Source: Camelus dromedarius (Eukaryota). Taken from it: DNA of 64,000 nucleotides. This document shows positions 51,500 to 63,614 of the stretch, in pieces. Where the stretch lies: contig NC_087436.1 in NCBI RefSeq assembly GCF_036321535.1, positions 9,672,001 to 9,736,000 on the forward strand, in the 5' to 3' direction. The notes beneath the pieces are model-generated. The model was not told the DNA's origin and searched no databases. It saw only the letters and a list, made by a program, of their open reading frames with translations. A program made the position numbers and the translations under genes. The stretch's first letter is position 1. Each line of letters begins with the position of its first letter.

Positions 51500-51828
51500 T
51501 TAAAGATTTAAAGTGCTCATACCTTTTAACCAAGTGAGTCTTCTTATACGTATTTATCATCCACATGGACTATGACGTTCAATGCAGCTTTGTTTATGAT
51601 AGTGAAAAACTAGAAATATAAATGTGCACCAATAAGAAAATTGTTAAATAAATTATAGTAAATTTGTACTGGGCAGTGCAAGAAAGTATTTTAAAAGTAT
51701 GTATTAGTTCTACAAAATCTTCAAGACGCATTATTAAGTGTTAAAATAATTGGAGAATAATATGTATAGTATGGTACTATTTGTGTTAAAAAAAAGTACA
51801 AAAACAACACTACAAAAACTCTGTGTGT

Positions 51829-51860
<32 letters not shown>

Positions 51861-52080
51861 ATAAGGAAACTATAGTAAGAAAAATTAAAGAGAATCCAAG
51901 TAAATGGGGAACTAGTCCTTATTCGTGATTTGGGCCACTTGATATTTTAAAAGATGTTAATTTTCATCAAATGTATCTTTAGATTCAGATAATTCCATCA
52001 ATATTGCAAAATGTTTTGTGGCAGTTTACAAAACTGAAGACTAAAATGCATATCAGAATATATAGGACCTAGGATAGACT
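51500..52080 (+). mobile_element. Ancient L1 fragments separated by a (TG)n tract
   Basis: gttcaatgcagctttgtttatgatagtgaaaaactagaa (ORF2 end) and aattaaagagaatccaagtaaatgg (ORF2 RT region). Confidence 0.55.
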
Positions 52081-53974
52081 AATGGGCTTCATAGTGGTAA
52101 GCAAAAACCAAATTGCTGTCTTGACGTAAAGTTCAGTGCTATTCAGGTTTGTCTGTAATTTCCAACAAAGATGACCCATAGAGTGGTTGTATCAGAAGGG
52201 CCTCACAAACGCCACCAATGTCAACTAAACATGTCTCTTCGTAATGATTCTCATAGCCCCAGACTGCAATCCCTTTTCCTTATAGAAGAGTGGAATTGCC
52301 AAGCCTTTCAATTTCCTTGGGTTGGAAAGTTGCATCGGTACCAGTATCCGTAACTCATAATTCAAAGACCCTTTCATAGATATAGATGGTCTCCTTCCAT
52401 TAATCTTCTAAGTACCAGGATGGGTGCTAACACTCGTTTCTCCATTGTTACCCTTTATACTGTGTCACAGCGTGATTTCTGATGGGAGCTTTCCAAATCC
52501 ACATGCGCTAATGTTCTCAGCATGAAATTGAGACATGTAACATTTTCCCTGTTCATGTCAGATTCCATTCTTCCCAAACTAGTGCGCACAAGATGCACGC
52601 TTTATCCAGGATCATTTTTAGGTGCTATTTCAAGGCAAAAAAAAAAAGAGATAAATGGCTCAAAATATTTAGGTCACCTGTCAATCATGCCTGTTTACAA
52701 CACAGCCAGTTTCCTTGGCTTATAGACTCAAGGTCCTTTCCAGGCAAGAGTGGCATAATTCCACCAAGTTTCAAGGTTATACAGTGAATTTTGAAACATA
52801 AACTTTATATTTCTTCAAATAAAGAAAATATATGTTTAATATATGTAAATATGTCTTTAAATATATGTTTTAATTACATCATGATTTAGGACCAGTGATT
52901 GCTGCCTCAATTGGTGGATCAGCTCCAAGGCTGATCCTTTGGTAGGGCACACAGGATCCCTCACAGAACAGTGAGTTTGTCCCGGTAGAGCTGAGACGCA
53001 AGAACAAAACTTCCAGGTTAATTTTGGGTTACTTTCAGCTGGGTTTTCTCCCAGCTGCTCTAGTGGAAGCTTCTGAAATCCCATTTTAAAGGTCATGGTG
53101 ATGCTCTGTATTGGAGGTTTTCATCAGGCTTTCTAAACAGTGATCATTTGTCATATCCAGCCATCAAGAATGTGCAAATAATAAATAAACCATTAAAGTA
53201 TTTTCAAGAGTCTCTCCATGTATCATAAAATTAGCTAACTGAGAAATATAGCTGTTGTGAGCTCTGAGTAATCAGGGACATAGTGTAAGATTTCTGAAAA
53301 TATATCAATGCTATTTCCCTCATAGTGCCAAGATGCTATTCCCAGAGGGTGAAAGTAGCCAGTCTGTACTTATTTCAGGCACCTGGAAAATGACCATGTT
53401 TGAATTTTTGGAAATCTAGTCGTTTGGGTTGAACAAAGTCACTGGTGGATGACTCTTGTGTTGTAGTAAGGAATTGATCCTTCTGAAACTCCTTCACCAT
53501 AAAGATCCAATGTACATATCATGTTTTCACAAAACCTCAAAGCAATGGGTCAAATAAAAAGAACCTCAGCTAAACTGGACTGATCCTAGAATCTCAGTTT
53601 CCTGGTCACAGTGACTGGTGTAGGACGTATGAGGGGCCAGTCAGAACCCTTCACCAGAACTTTCAGGAACAATGAAAGGAGAGAAAAAAAGTTGTCACAT
53701 GGGAGCTTGAAGCCACTGATGCCATGTTGCCTGCAATATGGAGTCATTCAAGTGGCTGGTGCAAATTCTGGAGATTTCTAGAACTTTCCTAGCTTCTGTA
53801 CGAATTCCCACGATGTTTTAGTTAGTGTCTAGAGCAAGCCATACCAAAGAGAAACAAAAATGCAGTGGCTCAAATAAGACAGTAGTTTCTTTCTTTCTAA
53901 TATAATGTAGGTTTCAAGTAAATTCCTTTAATTACTCTTTGACCCCCCCAAAAAATTTTCCACTGTATGAACAG

Positions 53975-55130
53975 GTGACTCCCAACATCTTCAAGGTGGC
54001 CTTCAATCTACATTTCAGCTGCACAGCAGCCTTTACTTTCCCAGTATGCCCAACTATCCCTTGTCTCTCGGGCTTTCGTTTATATCCATCCTCTTCTTTT
54101 CCTGGAACATTCTCCCCTCTCTTTCTCACCCAGTTAGCCTCCGTTCATTCTCCATGTCTCAAATTTAAACCCCTATTCTAGGAAAAATGGCTAGAAAATG
54201 TCTAGGACACCCCACCTGGCACCTGGGATAGATACCCTTCTTGGATATTCTCATATCACTTTGTATTTTTCTTAATGTGATAGCCATCACTTTATAATTT
54301 TTGCATGTTAAATTGTCTCTAGTCCAAGTATGTAATAAGTATGTTTACCTTTTTTTCCACAATATTATGTGAATTTCAAGTGTACAGCAAAGTGGTTCAG
54401 TTACACATATATATATTCTTTTCCAGATTCTTTTCCATTATAGGTTATCACAAGGTATTGAATCTAGTTCCCTGTGCTGTACAGTAGGTCCTTGTTGTTT
54501 ATCTATTTTATATATACTAATGTGTTAATTCCAGATTGCAAATTTAGAAATAAGCATGTCCATCTTAACCTCTGTCAGATGCCTACTCCAAAGCATATGC
54601 TCAGCATGATACATTTTATTGAAAGGAGGTAGAGTAAGAGGGGCAGGTGGATAAAAGAATGGAGGGACGAGTGAACAGAAAAGGCCCCTGTTACCTGCCT
54701 TGGACAGAGAGCATGGCTGGAGAAACTGTCCTCCCAAGGCCGGGCCTTCTTCTGTTTCTTGGACTCTCTACCTTTTCCCTCATTTAGATAAATGTCCTCT
54801 TCCTCCTTTTACAAGATTAGTTTATTATTTTACTGCAGGGCTTAGATCAGATATCACCTCCATACAAAATATTTTTTCTGACCACCTGTGTAAAGTAACC
54901 TTACCTTTCAACACACATACTGTTTTCACAGCACTTATTGCAAGTAATAATAATCTTCCTCATTTATTACGCACTTATAGGCTGTCCAGTCTCTTAGCAC
55001 ATGAAGTACATGAAGGCAAGGCTCTAACTGCCTTATTTAGCACTGAATCTGTTATCCCTAGAAGAGCACCTGGAACATAATACTCTTCCTCTTTCTTTTT
55101 CTTTCTCTCATTTAAGTAAATGAATAAATT
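53975..55130 (+). mobile_element. LINE-2 3' fragments, with an L1 3'UTR piece on the minus strand at 54350-54525
   Basis: cctggaacattctcccctc; catgaaggcaagg...gaagagcacctggaacataa...aaatgaataaa. L1 piece: tttcaagtgtacagcaaagtggttcagtta. Confidence 0.55.
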
Positions 55131-55149
55131 CATAAAATTAAAAATAATT

Positions 55150-55255
55150 AACTTTTTTAATTGAAGTACAGCCAGTTACAATGTGTCAATTTCTGGTGTA
55201 CAGCACAATGTCCCAGTCATGCATATACATACATATATTCGTTTTCATATTTTAA
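55150..55255 (-). mobile_element. Very short camelid L1 3' end
   Basis: ttttaattgaagtacagccagttacaatgtgtcaatttctggtgtacagcacaatgtccc, near-identical to 63630-63715. Confidence 0.8.
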
Positions 55256-55302
55256 ATGTTTTAAGTATAATTTTAACTTACAAAATTAAAAATATATAAG
55301 TA

Positions 55303-55432
55303 GTAGAGGGTACAGCTGGGTGTTCTAGTGCCTGCTTAGCATGCATGAGGTCCTGTGTTCAATCCCCAGTACCTCTGTTAAAAATAAACAAATAAACCTA
55401 ATTACCTACCCCATAAAAAAATAATAAAAATG
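55303..55432 (+). mobile_element. Camelid tRNA-derived SINE (vic-1 type)
   Basis: gagggtacagct...gcttagcatgcatgaggtcctgtgttcaatccccagtacc followed by the aaacctaattac extension. Confidence 0.85.
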
Positions 55433-55784
55433 TTTAAGGTATATATATAAATTTTTTCTTAACTTATGAAATGTTTTCTTTATATAGTCATTATTATGAA
55501 CCAAATATTTTAATCCATTAATTTGCGTTCCCTACTGACATACATAAAAAGTTACATATTTCTTAAATATGTATGCTAAATTTTAAAATTCATCAATTTT
55601 AAACATGTCAATAATGTTAAAGTGCTATAAAATATGCTCTTATTAGGATCTTTAATTCAACTACATATCTAGGGCTTTTAATGGTTCAAATTAGTAACAT
55701 CTTGCAACACTTCCAACTCTGAAATTCTATCAGAGATAGAATGGTGTTTAAGAAGATGAATAATGGATCTAAAACAATAGCACA

Positions 55785-56040
55785 AGAAAAAATATGCAAC
55801 TATGTGTGGTGATGGATGGTAGTTAAACTTACTGCAAGGTCAGACAGAGAAAGATAAATACTGTATATCACTTAAATGGGGAATCTAGAAAATACAACAA
55901 ACCGGTGAAAAAAACAATAAAGCAGCAGAAAAAAACTTACTATGGTATTCATTTCTCAATATATACATGTATTATCATTACATATAATCATTACATTGAC
56001 ACCTAAAACTGTTACGTATCAACTATAGCTCAATTTAAAG
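55785..56040 (+). mobile_element. L1MA-type 3' end carrying a nested 99-bp L1 insertion (55834-55932)
   Basis: Host caactatgtgtggtgatggatg...acacctaaaact...tatcaactatagctcaat; TSD aaacttact. Confidence 0.7.
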
Positions 56041-56334
56041 ACCTAAAATAAACTAAGATAAAGCAATAGCAACCCAAAGAGTGTTAAAGACCTTGTAGAT
56101 AGAAATTTAAGTAGAAAGCTGCCAAAAATATGAAGAAAATGCTTACAATGCTGAAAGGAATTACTTTGGTGAGCTTTAGTTTCTCCTGAATCAAAATAGC
56201 CAGGTATTTTCCATAATAGTGTAGAAGAGGAACAAATTCCCTTTTATGCCCTTGAGGCCCAATAAGATAAAAAAGAAAAATTTAAGTGTATGCGGTATTC
56301 ATTTAATAACCTAATTCTTTGAAACATGGTAAAA

Positions 56335-57500
56335 TCATCTGTGGCTTGCTTTATGCTGCGAGCTACAGAAAGTGCCTTTGGAGTTTTTATAAACAAGGAG
56401 ATGTGTTATCTCTACAGCAAGAAGCACAGGGGCAGGTGTCCCCGGAGCATTTACCGTGAGAGCATCACCTCTCAGTTTTCCACGCGGCCATTTTCTTGGC
56501 ATCAGCTTGTTTGGGGGCTTGGCTCTTCTCATATTTCCAAGCTAGTTGCCACTGTTTTAGATGTCATAAGCATATGACCAACTTCAAGGCAAAGTGGTAG
56601 GATTCCCTCCACACATCACTGTTTGGCATCAAGAACAGCCTTTGACAGAAATCTTCAAACAGGTTTCCCAGTTTACCTTGTTGGTCAGAATTGTGTCACA
56701 TGGAATTATATGGTTGTTCTGACCAATTGTGATTTAGCCACAGGAGAATAATTAAATCCTTTCCATCGCTTTACCCAACTGACATGTTCTTACCTGATTT
56801 CTAGCTTTTCTTTATTTGTGGCATTGGGAGGACTACACCTCAGTCTGAGACACACGTGTTGTAATTCCATTCTCACCCGAACACATTCTCTTTTGGAGTT
56901 TCCTTCTCCCACATCTTTTAGATGTGTGATGGTCACATCAAGACCACATTATCCTATCCTGCTGGGCACAGATGGCTTAGAACAAGGGTGAACACATAGA
57001 ACAGGGGAAACCCACACATATTTACCTGTTTGTTCAGCCAACCGGATTTTTCTCATATCAAAAATGTGAACTATGAGAGACAAAACTTAGATGAGTCTGG
57101 TGCCTGGAGACCTAAATTTATTTGGAGCTGAGGCCAAAACTGGCACTGGGGCCAGCCACAGCCACATGGAGGTTACAATTATAGGAAATCAGAAGCATAA
57201 TCTTGCATCAACAACAAAATGCTAGCTGACAAATTTTGAAATAGAACAGATGGACAGAGAGAAGCTCATTATGACCAAAAGAGAAAAGGAGGTAGAGAGA
57301 AAGAGAAAAATTTGCACACTGACGTTTGTAGTTGCAAACACTGGGTTGCGGTTCCTAGGAAGGACCGCGAGAAATCCCCTGTATCCTGAAAACTGGTGCC
57401 CCTCTTTCCAGAGCCTCTGTGAATGCTCTGTTTACTGAAACCAAATGATCTCTGTCCTGGAAATTGGTCTTTCTGTCTTTTCTCCTTCAAATTATCCAGC
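56335..57500. mobile_element. Possible ancient MaLR (about 56335-56760) and LTR16-like (about 56920-57500) LTR relics
   Basis: Degenerate motifs (ttggtcagaattgtgtcacatgg; tgctgggcacagatggctt). Recognised by eye only. Confidence 0.3.
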
Positions 57501-58741
57501 TACTAGTACCAAGATAAGATCCTGAATACCTCAATTTAGTGTTTTCTGTGTACATCAAACAGTCACCTTTATCTTTGGAGATTAGGGCCAGAGAATGTTG
57601 CCACTAGATAGGACTTTCCACTCATTTGCTTCACTGCTCTCATTTTGCAGAAGGGGAAACAGATCATAGGACTGTCAGTGAAAGATGACAGTGACCTAGA
57701 CAAAAGCTTTCAATCTGTATCTCTAGCCTGGAATTGCTCATTCTACCAACCAGATGATCATCTCACGTGTATCTGAGTTCTTCTGAAAAGCTCAGTGCAC
57801 AGTCCAATCCCTTTCTTACAGCAGTTGGGCCACCAGCAGCGGCCCCTGAGCACGGGGATCACACACCTGCTGTCTGTGATGCTCGCCTTTGTCTGAGTCA
57901 GCCCAGGGCACCGGCTCTCCCGAGAGCTGCCATCCTAACTGTGATGCTTCTAGCAATCGCTTCCAAGCCTCAGTTAGCTCGCACTTTGCTCTGCATTGTG
58001 CTGCTCTTGAAGTGTGTCCTCTGTTGCTCTTTTCCGGTAATTCCATGCACGGTTCACTGCTTCTGCTTTGGTACCTGATGCTGTCACCTCTGTTCCTCAC
58101 ATGACCAGACTAGAAAAGATGGAGCATGTCGGGTGGACCCATTTTACCTTTCATATCCCTATGTGATCCGTTAGCAGTGTTGAACTTTGTCAGTTAAGGT
58201 CTTTCACTGAGACTTGGGCTTAGTAAATAGTAAGTAAAGTGTCCAAATATTTTAGGTCAATGTTAATGTTTCCATAACAAAGAAGGTGTTCCTACCAAAC
58301 TCTCACGACTTTCCTTCTAATCACGTTTTCTCTCCAAATACACACACACAGGCACAGCCCCAAGCACACACATGAACAAATGGGAACACATACCCAGAAT
58401 CACTCCTACAAAATCTCCGTTCCATGCATTTTAAACGAAGGACAAAAGACCTGGAGGCTATCTAACTCACCTGTCCCCACCTTCAAGTTCCAGAGAGAAA
58501 ATGGCTCTGTGGCAAAAGAGATTTGAATAGACACAGATTTAATAACGTAGGATAAATTATGTATAAGTTCTATAAGTTAAACATATATCACACACTTACA
58601 TATACACACAAATATATATACGTATATTTATCTTTCCATGGTTAGTTTGGTTAATCCTAGAGTATATACATAGTAGTGTAGATATAAATATATCTAAATC
58701 CTAAGAGTACATCTGCCCTATATTCTATCCTATACATATAC

Positions 58742-58744
<3 letters not shown>

Positions 58745-58792
<48 letters not shown>

Positions 58793-58803
58793 TATATATA
58801 TAT
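58745..58803. repeat. (TA)n(CA)n(TA)n microsatellite
   Basis: Direct reading. Confidence 0.95.
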
Positions 58804-59299
58804 CTCAGGAATTATTTATGTCATAGGAGAACTATATTATGTACCTTATTTCTTGTTATAAAAAAACCCTAATAAAATATCAAGCAACATAGCAATGTTA
58901 ATACACTCACTTGGACCATATGTTCCAAGATACCTAAACGGTACCTCCCAGGCATCGCTAACGAGTTACATCACTAATGCAGAGACATTAAGAAATCAAA
59001 TCATAGTAGTGAGAATGAGTTTTGCATGTTTTTGCCTAACAAATAAAAATATAGATGATTTATGCTTAAACCACAACAAACACCATTTTGAAAAAAATCT
59101 AGATATAGAGATATTTTCCAATCCAAATCTACTCTCGGATTAATCAAACTAACCATGGCAAAATAGTTTTAAAAATCATCAAACTGAATAAATAGTGTCT
59201 ATATTTGAAAAGAAATAAAGATATCACCAACTGGAAATAAATTCTGAGTTGTAATGAACATCCAGAGACCACAGATCCCACAGATTCCAACCTCAACGA

Positions 59300-59915
59300 C
59301 TTATCCCAGCTCAGTATCTGATGGAAGGGGCCCTAGGGTTGTCAGATGGGTCCACAGGGTAGAGACATGTCCATGGGGTCTGTCTACCGCCTTGGTGTCT
59401 ATTTCCCATGTCCCTAAATGTACAATGATGCCACTTAGTGAGGAAGGCTAAGTGCAAACCACAGAACAGCCCCTCACCCTGTCTCCCTAGGAAATGTGTG
59501 CGGACCCTAAGGAGCTAAAGGATTCAGGAATGGTGGTCCCATCATGTCTTCAATTAAGTCACCGGTCCAGCCCCTGCAGAAGCCCCAGATAGATCCTGAA
59601 AGATGACCACAGGCCACCAGAGTCAACAGAATGGCGGCCAGTGCAGCCACCATCTCAGGTGTGGCATTGTTCCAGGTGGATTAATCCAGCCTCAGGGCCT
59701 GCTTCACTAATTGGGCTCATGTGTCATTTTCTACTCAGATCAGTTAAAACGGAGCAGAAGCACTTTGCACTCACATGGAATGGGCAAAATTCATCATTTA
59801 CAGTTTCTCTTCAGGGTTCTGTTAACTTAGTTTTCTTCTGTCAGGATATAAGCCTGAGAGATGTGGACCACCTGGACATCCCACAGAGTATCGCATGGAT
59901 TTGCTCCATGGATAA
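59300..59915 (+). pseudogene. pol: ERVL (class III) protease-end / RT N-terminal relic
   Basis: KELKDSGMVVP..., EQKHFALTWNGQNSSFTVSLQGSVN...RDVDHLDIPQSI..SMDN, compared with ERVL QKQFAFTWNGQQYTFTVLPQGYVN...YIDD. Confidence 0.8.
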
Positions 59916-60319
59916 CTGTGAGATATCAGCTCATGACAATGATACACAATCCAGAAGACCCTGTTGAGGTCGGCTGAGGCTTCCTTGTACCTGAACCCAT
60001 TTGACCTCTCTCTGCCCAGTGATGCTTCCTCCACGTGCACCGTTTCATGGAGGCCTTAATAATAGGGTTTCCATGTCCAATGTCTACTTTCCACATTTCT
60101 AACAATACTCCTTGTAATCTCCACTTTCTTAGTCATTTTATATGCAAAAGCGTGAGGTTATCACTTAGTGAAAGCCAAATATGAGAATTGGAGTCTGTTT
60201 TAGGCTAGAACTTGGGATATGATATAATCTGTGGCTTAACTAGACAATTAAAAATAAAATAAATGAAGCAACTCCTACTGAAAAAAAATTTGACTTTGCC
60301 AACTGACGGATAATCTTTT

Positions 60320-60556
60320 CAGGTACAATTGATTCACAATATTATATTAGTTTCAGACAGATAACAGAGTAGTTCAGTACTTTTGTAAATTATACTCCAT
60401 TTAACATTATTATAAAAAGTCAGCTGTATCCCCTGTGCTGTACAGTGTATTCTTGTATCTAATTTACTTTATGCATAATAGTTTTTACCTCTTAATCTCC
60501 TGCCCCTACTTTGCCCTCCCCATGAGTAACCACTAGTTTGTTCTCTGTATCTATGA
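60320..60556 (-). mobile_element. L1 3'UTR fragment
   Basis: ttcacaatattatattagtttcag...cccctgtgctgtacag...gtaaccactagtttgttctctgtatctatga. Confidence 0.8.
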
Positions 60557-60999
60557 AAATCTCATTATTTTTCCTCTTAAGCTTAAAAATGAAAAAAAAA
60601 TGAATATAATATTCCTCTGGTAGGGATTTTGAATCCCCAGGGGACTATATTTCACTGGCAGTAAATTCAAGAAATTGTTCTAAGGCAGCCAGAGTATAAT
60701 CACCTTCCGTGGAAATCACAATGCCTGTTTATTTACAACCTTTCTATTGTATTTCTGGGTGGCAATGTTGCCTGGACTATTACATGCCTCCTAGGGCTTT
60801 TTCTGAAAAGCAAATTTAAAGTAATTAGATTGTCAACCTAGCTTTGCTTTTGATTCTGCGTTGTTTATTTTCTTTTTAGTTCACCTTGTAACAACAATAG
60901 CATTTCTCAAATAGCTGCAGTTAAATCTTCATTTATATTCATTGTTTTCTACTTCTTGCAAGCATCGTAAAGCACATATATGCTTTCTGTATAAATTAA

Positions 61000-61110
61000 G
61001 TAGTTTCATCTATTCTGTTTCAAAGCAATTTACTGAGTGTCTACCAGGCGTCAGACTCTTGGCTAGGTGTTAGGGACATAAAGTTGAATAAGATACTCTA
61101 ATTCCTTTTT
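61000..61110 (-). mobile_element. LINE-2 3' end
   Basis: aatttactgagtgtctaccaggcgtcagactcttggctaggtgttagggacataaagttgaataaga. Confidence 0.7.
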
Positions 61111-61196
61111 GAAACTATTCCCTGAGAAGACAGTATGAATGATTTCTTAAGTGGGATTTATTCCCTGCCATCATAGCCTTCAATTCAGTTTGTTAG

Positions 61197-61560
61197 GGTT
61201 ATGGACTGAGTTGTGTGTCTACCAAAATTCATTTGCCGAAGTCTTCAACTTCAGTGAGATTCTGGACATAGGGCATTTAAAGAGGCAATTAAGGTTAAGT
61301 GAGCTCATAAGTCTGAGACCCTAATGCAGTAGGACTGGGGTCCTTATAAGAAGAGGAAGAGACACCAGCCATGCATGCTCACAGAGAAATTGAGCACTGA
61401 GGACTCTGAGAACGCCCATCCACAAGCAAGGGAAAGAGGTTTTGGGGGGAACCAAACCTGCCAACACCTTGATGGCGAACTTCCAGCCTCCAGAACAGTG
61501 AAAAAAAATTTATGTTGTTTAAGCCAGCCAGTTTGTTACAGCAACTAGCAGACTAATACA
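61197..61560 (+). mobile_element. MaLR solo LTR (MLT1A-like)
   Basis: ttatggactgag...ccttataagaagaggaagagac...cttccagcctccagaac...gcagactaataca; 5-bp TSD gttag/gtcag. Confidence 0.9.
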
Positions 61561-61709
61561 GTCAGATACTCAGTTTTTTCCCAATTGACCAGGGAGTCAC
61601 TGCTGTAAATTGCAGTGATATACAGTCACTTTACCTCTAAGAACATCCTCCTTTTAAAGCATTAAAAATAAAACTCCACCCACAATAATACTTGAATATT
61701 CCTTTTCTC

Positions 61710-61860
61710 CCTCACTTCCCCGCCTCTCCAGCAGAGGTGACGTCACAGTGCTGGGGAGGGAAAGGAGCGGGTCCTCTCCTTGGCTCCTCCTCCAGCCGAG
61801 CGACCCCTCTTCCTCCTCCGCCGGCTCTGATTCTTCTGACTCGTCTTGGATTGGGGACAG
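61710..61860. promoter_or_regulatory. Candidate promoter: perfect CRE, GC-box, ETS core and inverted CCAAT
   Basis: gTGACGTCAc at 61737-61746, ccccgcctc at 61718-61726, cacttcc at 61713-61719, attgg at 61850-61854. Local CpG retention in non-repeat DNA. Confidence 0.45.
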
Positions 61861-62789
61861 AAGAAGGGCCGTGACACAGGACTAAATGTTCCATGTCTCT
61901 TCCTCTGATGTCCCAGCCATGGGGGCCCTCCTTCCTGGTGATGTAAGGAGGAGCAATGCCCAGCTCTTCCTAGAAAGTCGGATACTGCCCTGGGAACCTC
62001 CCACTTCCCTGTCACTGACCCTGACGTGTGCTTCGGGTTGGACCTCTTCTAATCTCATTCCTCTCCGGGCAGGCATTTCTCTGACAGGTTCTTTCAAGAG
62101 GACCTGGTTCCAGCCATTCTGTGTCGTGTCACTTGACTCAGACAAACTCCTAGATGTTGGACTGATCTGTGAAAACATAGGAGGACCCCTCTGTTCCTTC
62201 TGCCGTCATCCAGCCAGCAGCCGCCTTCAGAACTCACCAGGTGAGGAGCGGACACCGGGCTTCCAACCTCAGGAAAATGTATCAGTTTCCTTCTGCTAAG
62301 AACCCTCTTTGCAGCGGGAGTAGCTGCAACGGGCAGGCCACCTTGTCTCTGCTGCTTGTCAGACTCCACCCAAAGAGGGAGATGCTGGCCAGGCCCCTCG
62401 TCACAGAAAACGCCCATCTCCCAGGTGGTCCTCTTGCTGCCACGACCTGAAGTGGGGCAGGTGGAACGCCTCCCTGTCCCTCTCCAAAGGGAAGGGAAGG
62501 AACCATCACCATAGTGTTTCTGCGCAAATGAGTTCCCTTTAAAGACTCTCCAGAGTGAAACTCCAGCCTTCTCTGATATGAGCTGGAGATTCAAGTTGGG
62601 GGTTAGTAGTATAGGGACCATTTTGGCAGACTCTTGGCAAACCAGGTGAGACCTACCTGCACAGATGGGTCCAGCATCTCTCTGCAGAATGTGAATGTCC
62701 TCCGTCCTTTCCACCACCATGATCTTGGACTTCTATGTTTTAGCCAAAGTTATAAGATGGGAAGTGCTATTTCAGATCCTGTTTAAATA

Positions 62790-63590
62790 TGAGTTAAAAC
62801 ACTATCATACATTATTCTAACAAAAAACACAGCTATAGTGTGGCACTAACTTGTATGTTTCTTATTCTGATTGAAAAGCTGAAGTTCTTTTCATATGTTT
62901 AAGGACCATATATTTATCTTTTCCCATGGTCTGTCTGTTCATGGTTTTTGTCCATTTGTTGATTGGGTTTATAGTCTGTTCCTTCTTGAGTTTTAATCCT
63001 CAATATTTAGAGATTAGCCCTCTATCTGTGATATAAGTTGTAAATTACAAATATCTTTTCCATTTTATGATTTTCTTTTTATTTTGCCTGTGATTTTGTT
63101 TTGCTTTGTTTAACTGTTGTCACTAACAAATGCTTTTCTTATTTTATATAGTTGAATTTATCAACTTTTTCTTTTATTGCTCTTATATTTTAGGTCATAG
63201 TTTGAAAGGCATTCCACATATTTAAGTTAGTACAGAGTTTATTTTGGTGTGTGGTGTGAGTTATAGATCCAATTTCCACCTTTTCTCCAAATGGCTACTG
63301 GTTATATTAACACCATTTATTTACAAGTCTATTTTCCTGAGAGATTTGAAATACTTCCTTTATCATAAACTAAATGTCCATGAGTACCTAAGTCAACTTT
63401 CGATTTTCTAGTCTCCTCTATTAATCTATTTAAGTTCATTCAACACTGCTTTAATTATAGAAGATTTTCAAATGTTTTAATAGCTGGTCTTGGCTATTTC
63501 TGTATGTTTGATTTCCCATATGAACTTTAAAATCAACTTGCCTAAAGCCAGAAAAAAATTAACTTGTTGGTTACAGATATATAACCAACA
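62790..63590 (-). mobile_element. Ancient L1 ORF2 fragment
   Basis: ttttcatatgttta...gtccatt...gagattagccctctatc...caccatttatt...tttaattatag is the reverse-strand L1M ORF2 3' half. Confidence 0.65.
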
Positions 63591-63614
63591 CGTTAATCTA
63601 CATTAGAATTTTTA

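Noticed and set aside
61655..62178. Acidic minus-strand peptide (…DESEESEPAEEEEG…) suggesting a pseudogene
   Set aside because: It is interrupted by stops, matches no protein I recognise, and is explained by the TCC/TCT-rich plus strand. It is left to the database search proposed in the findings.
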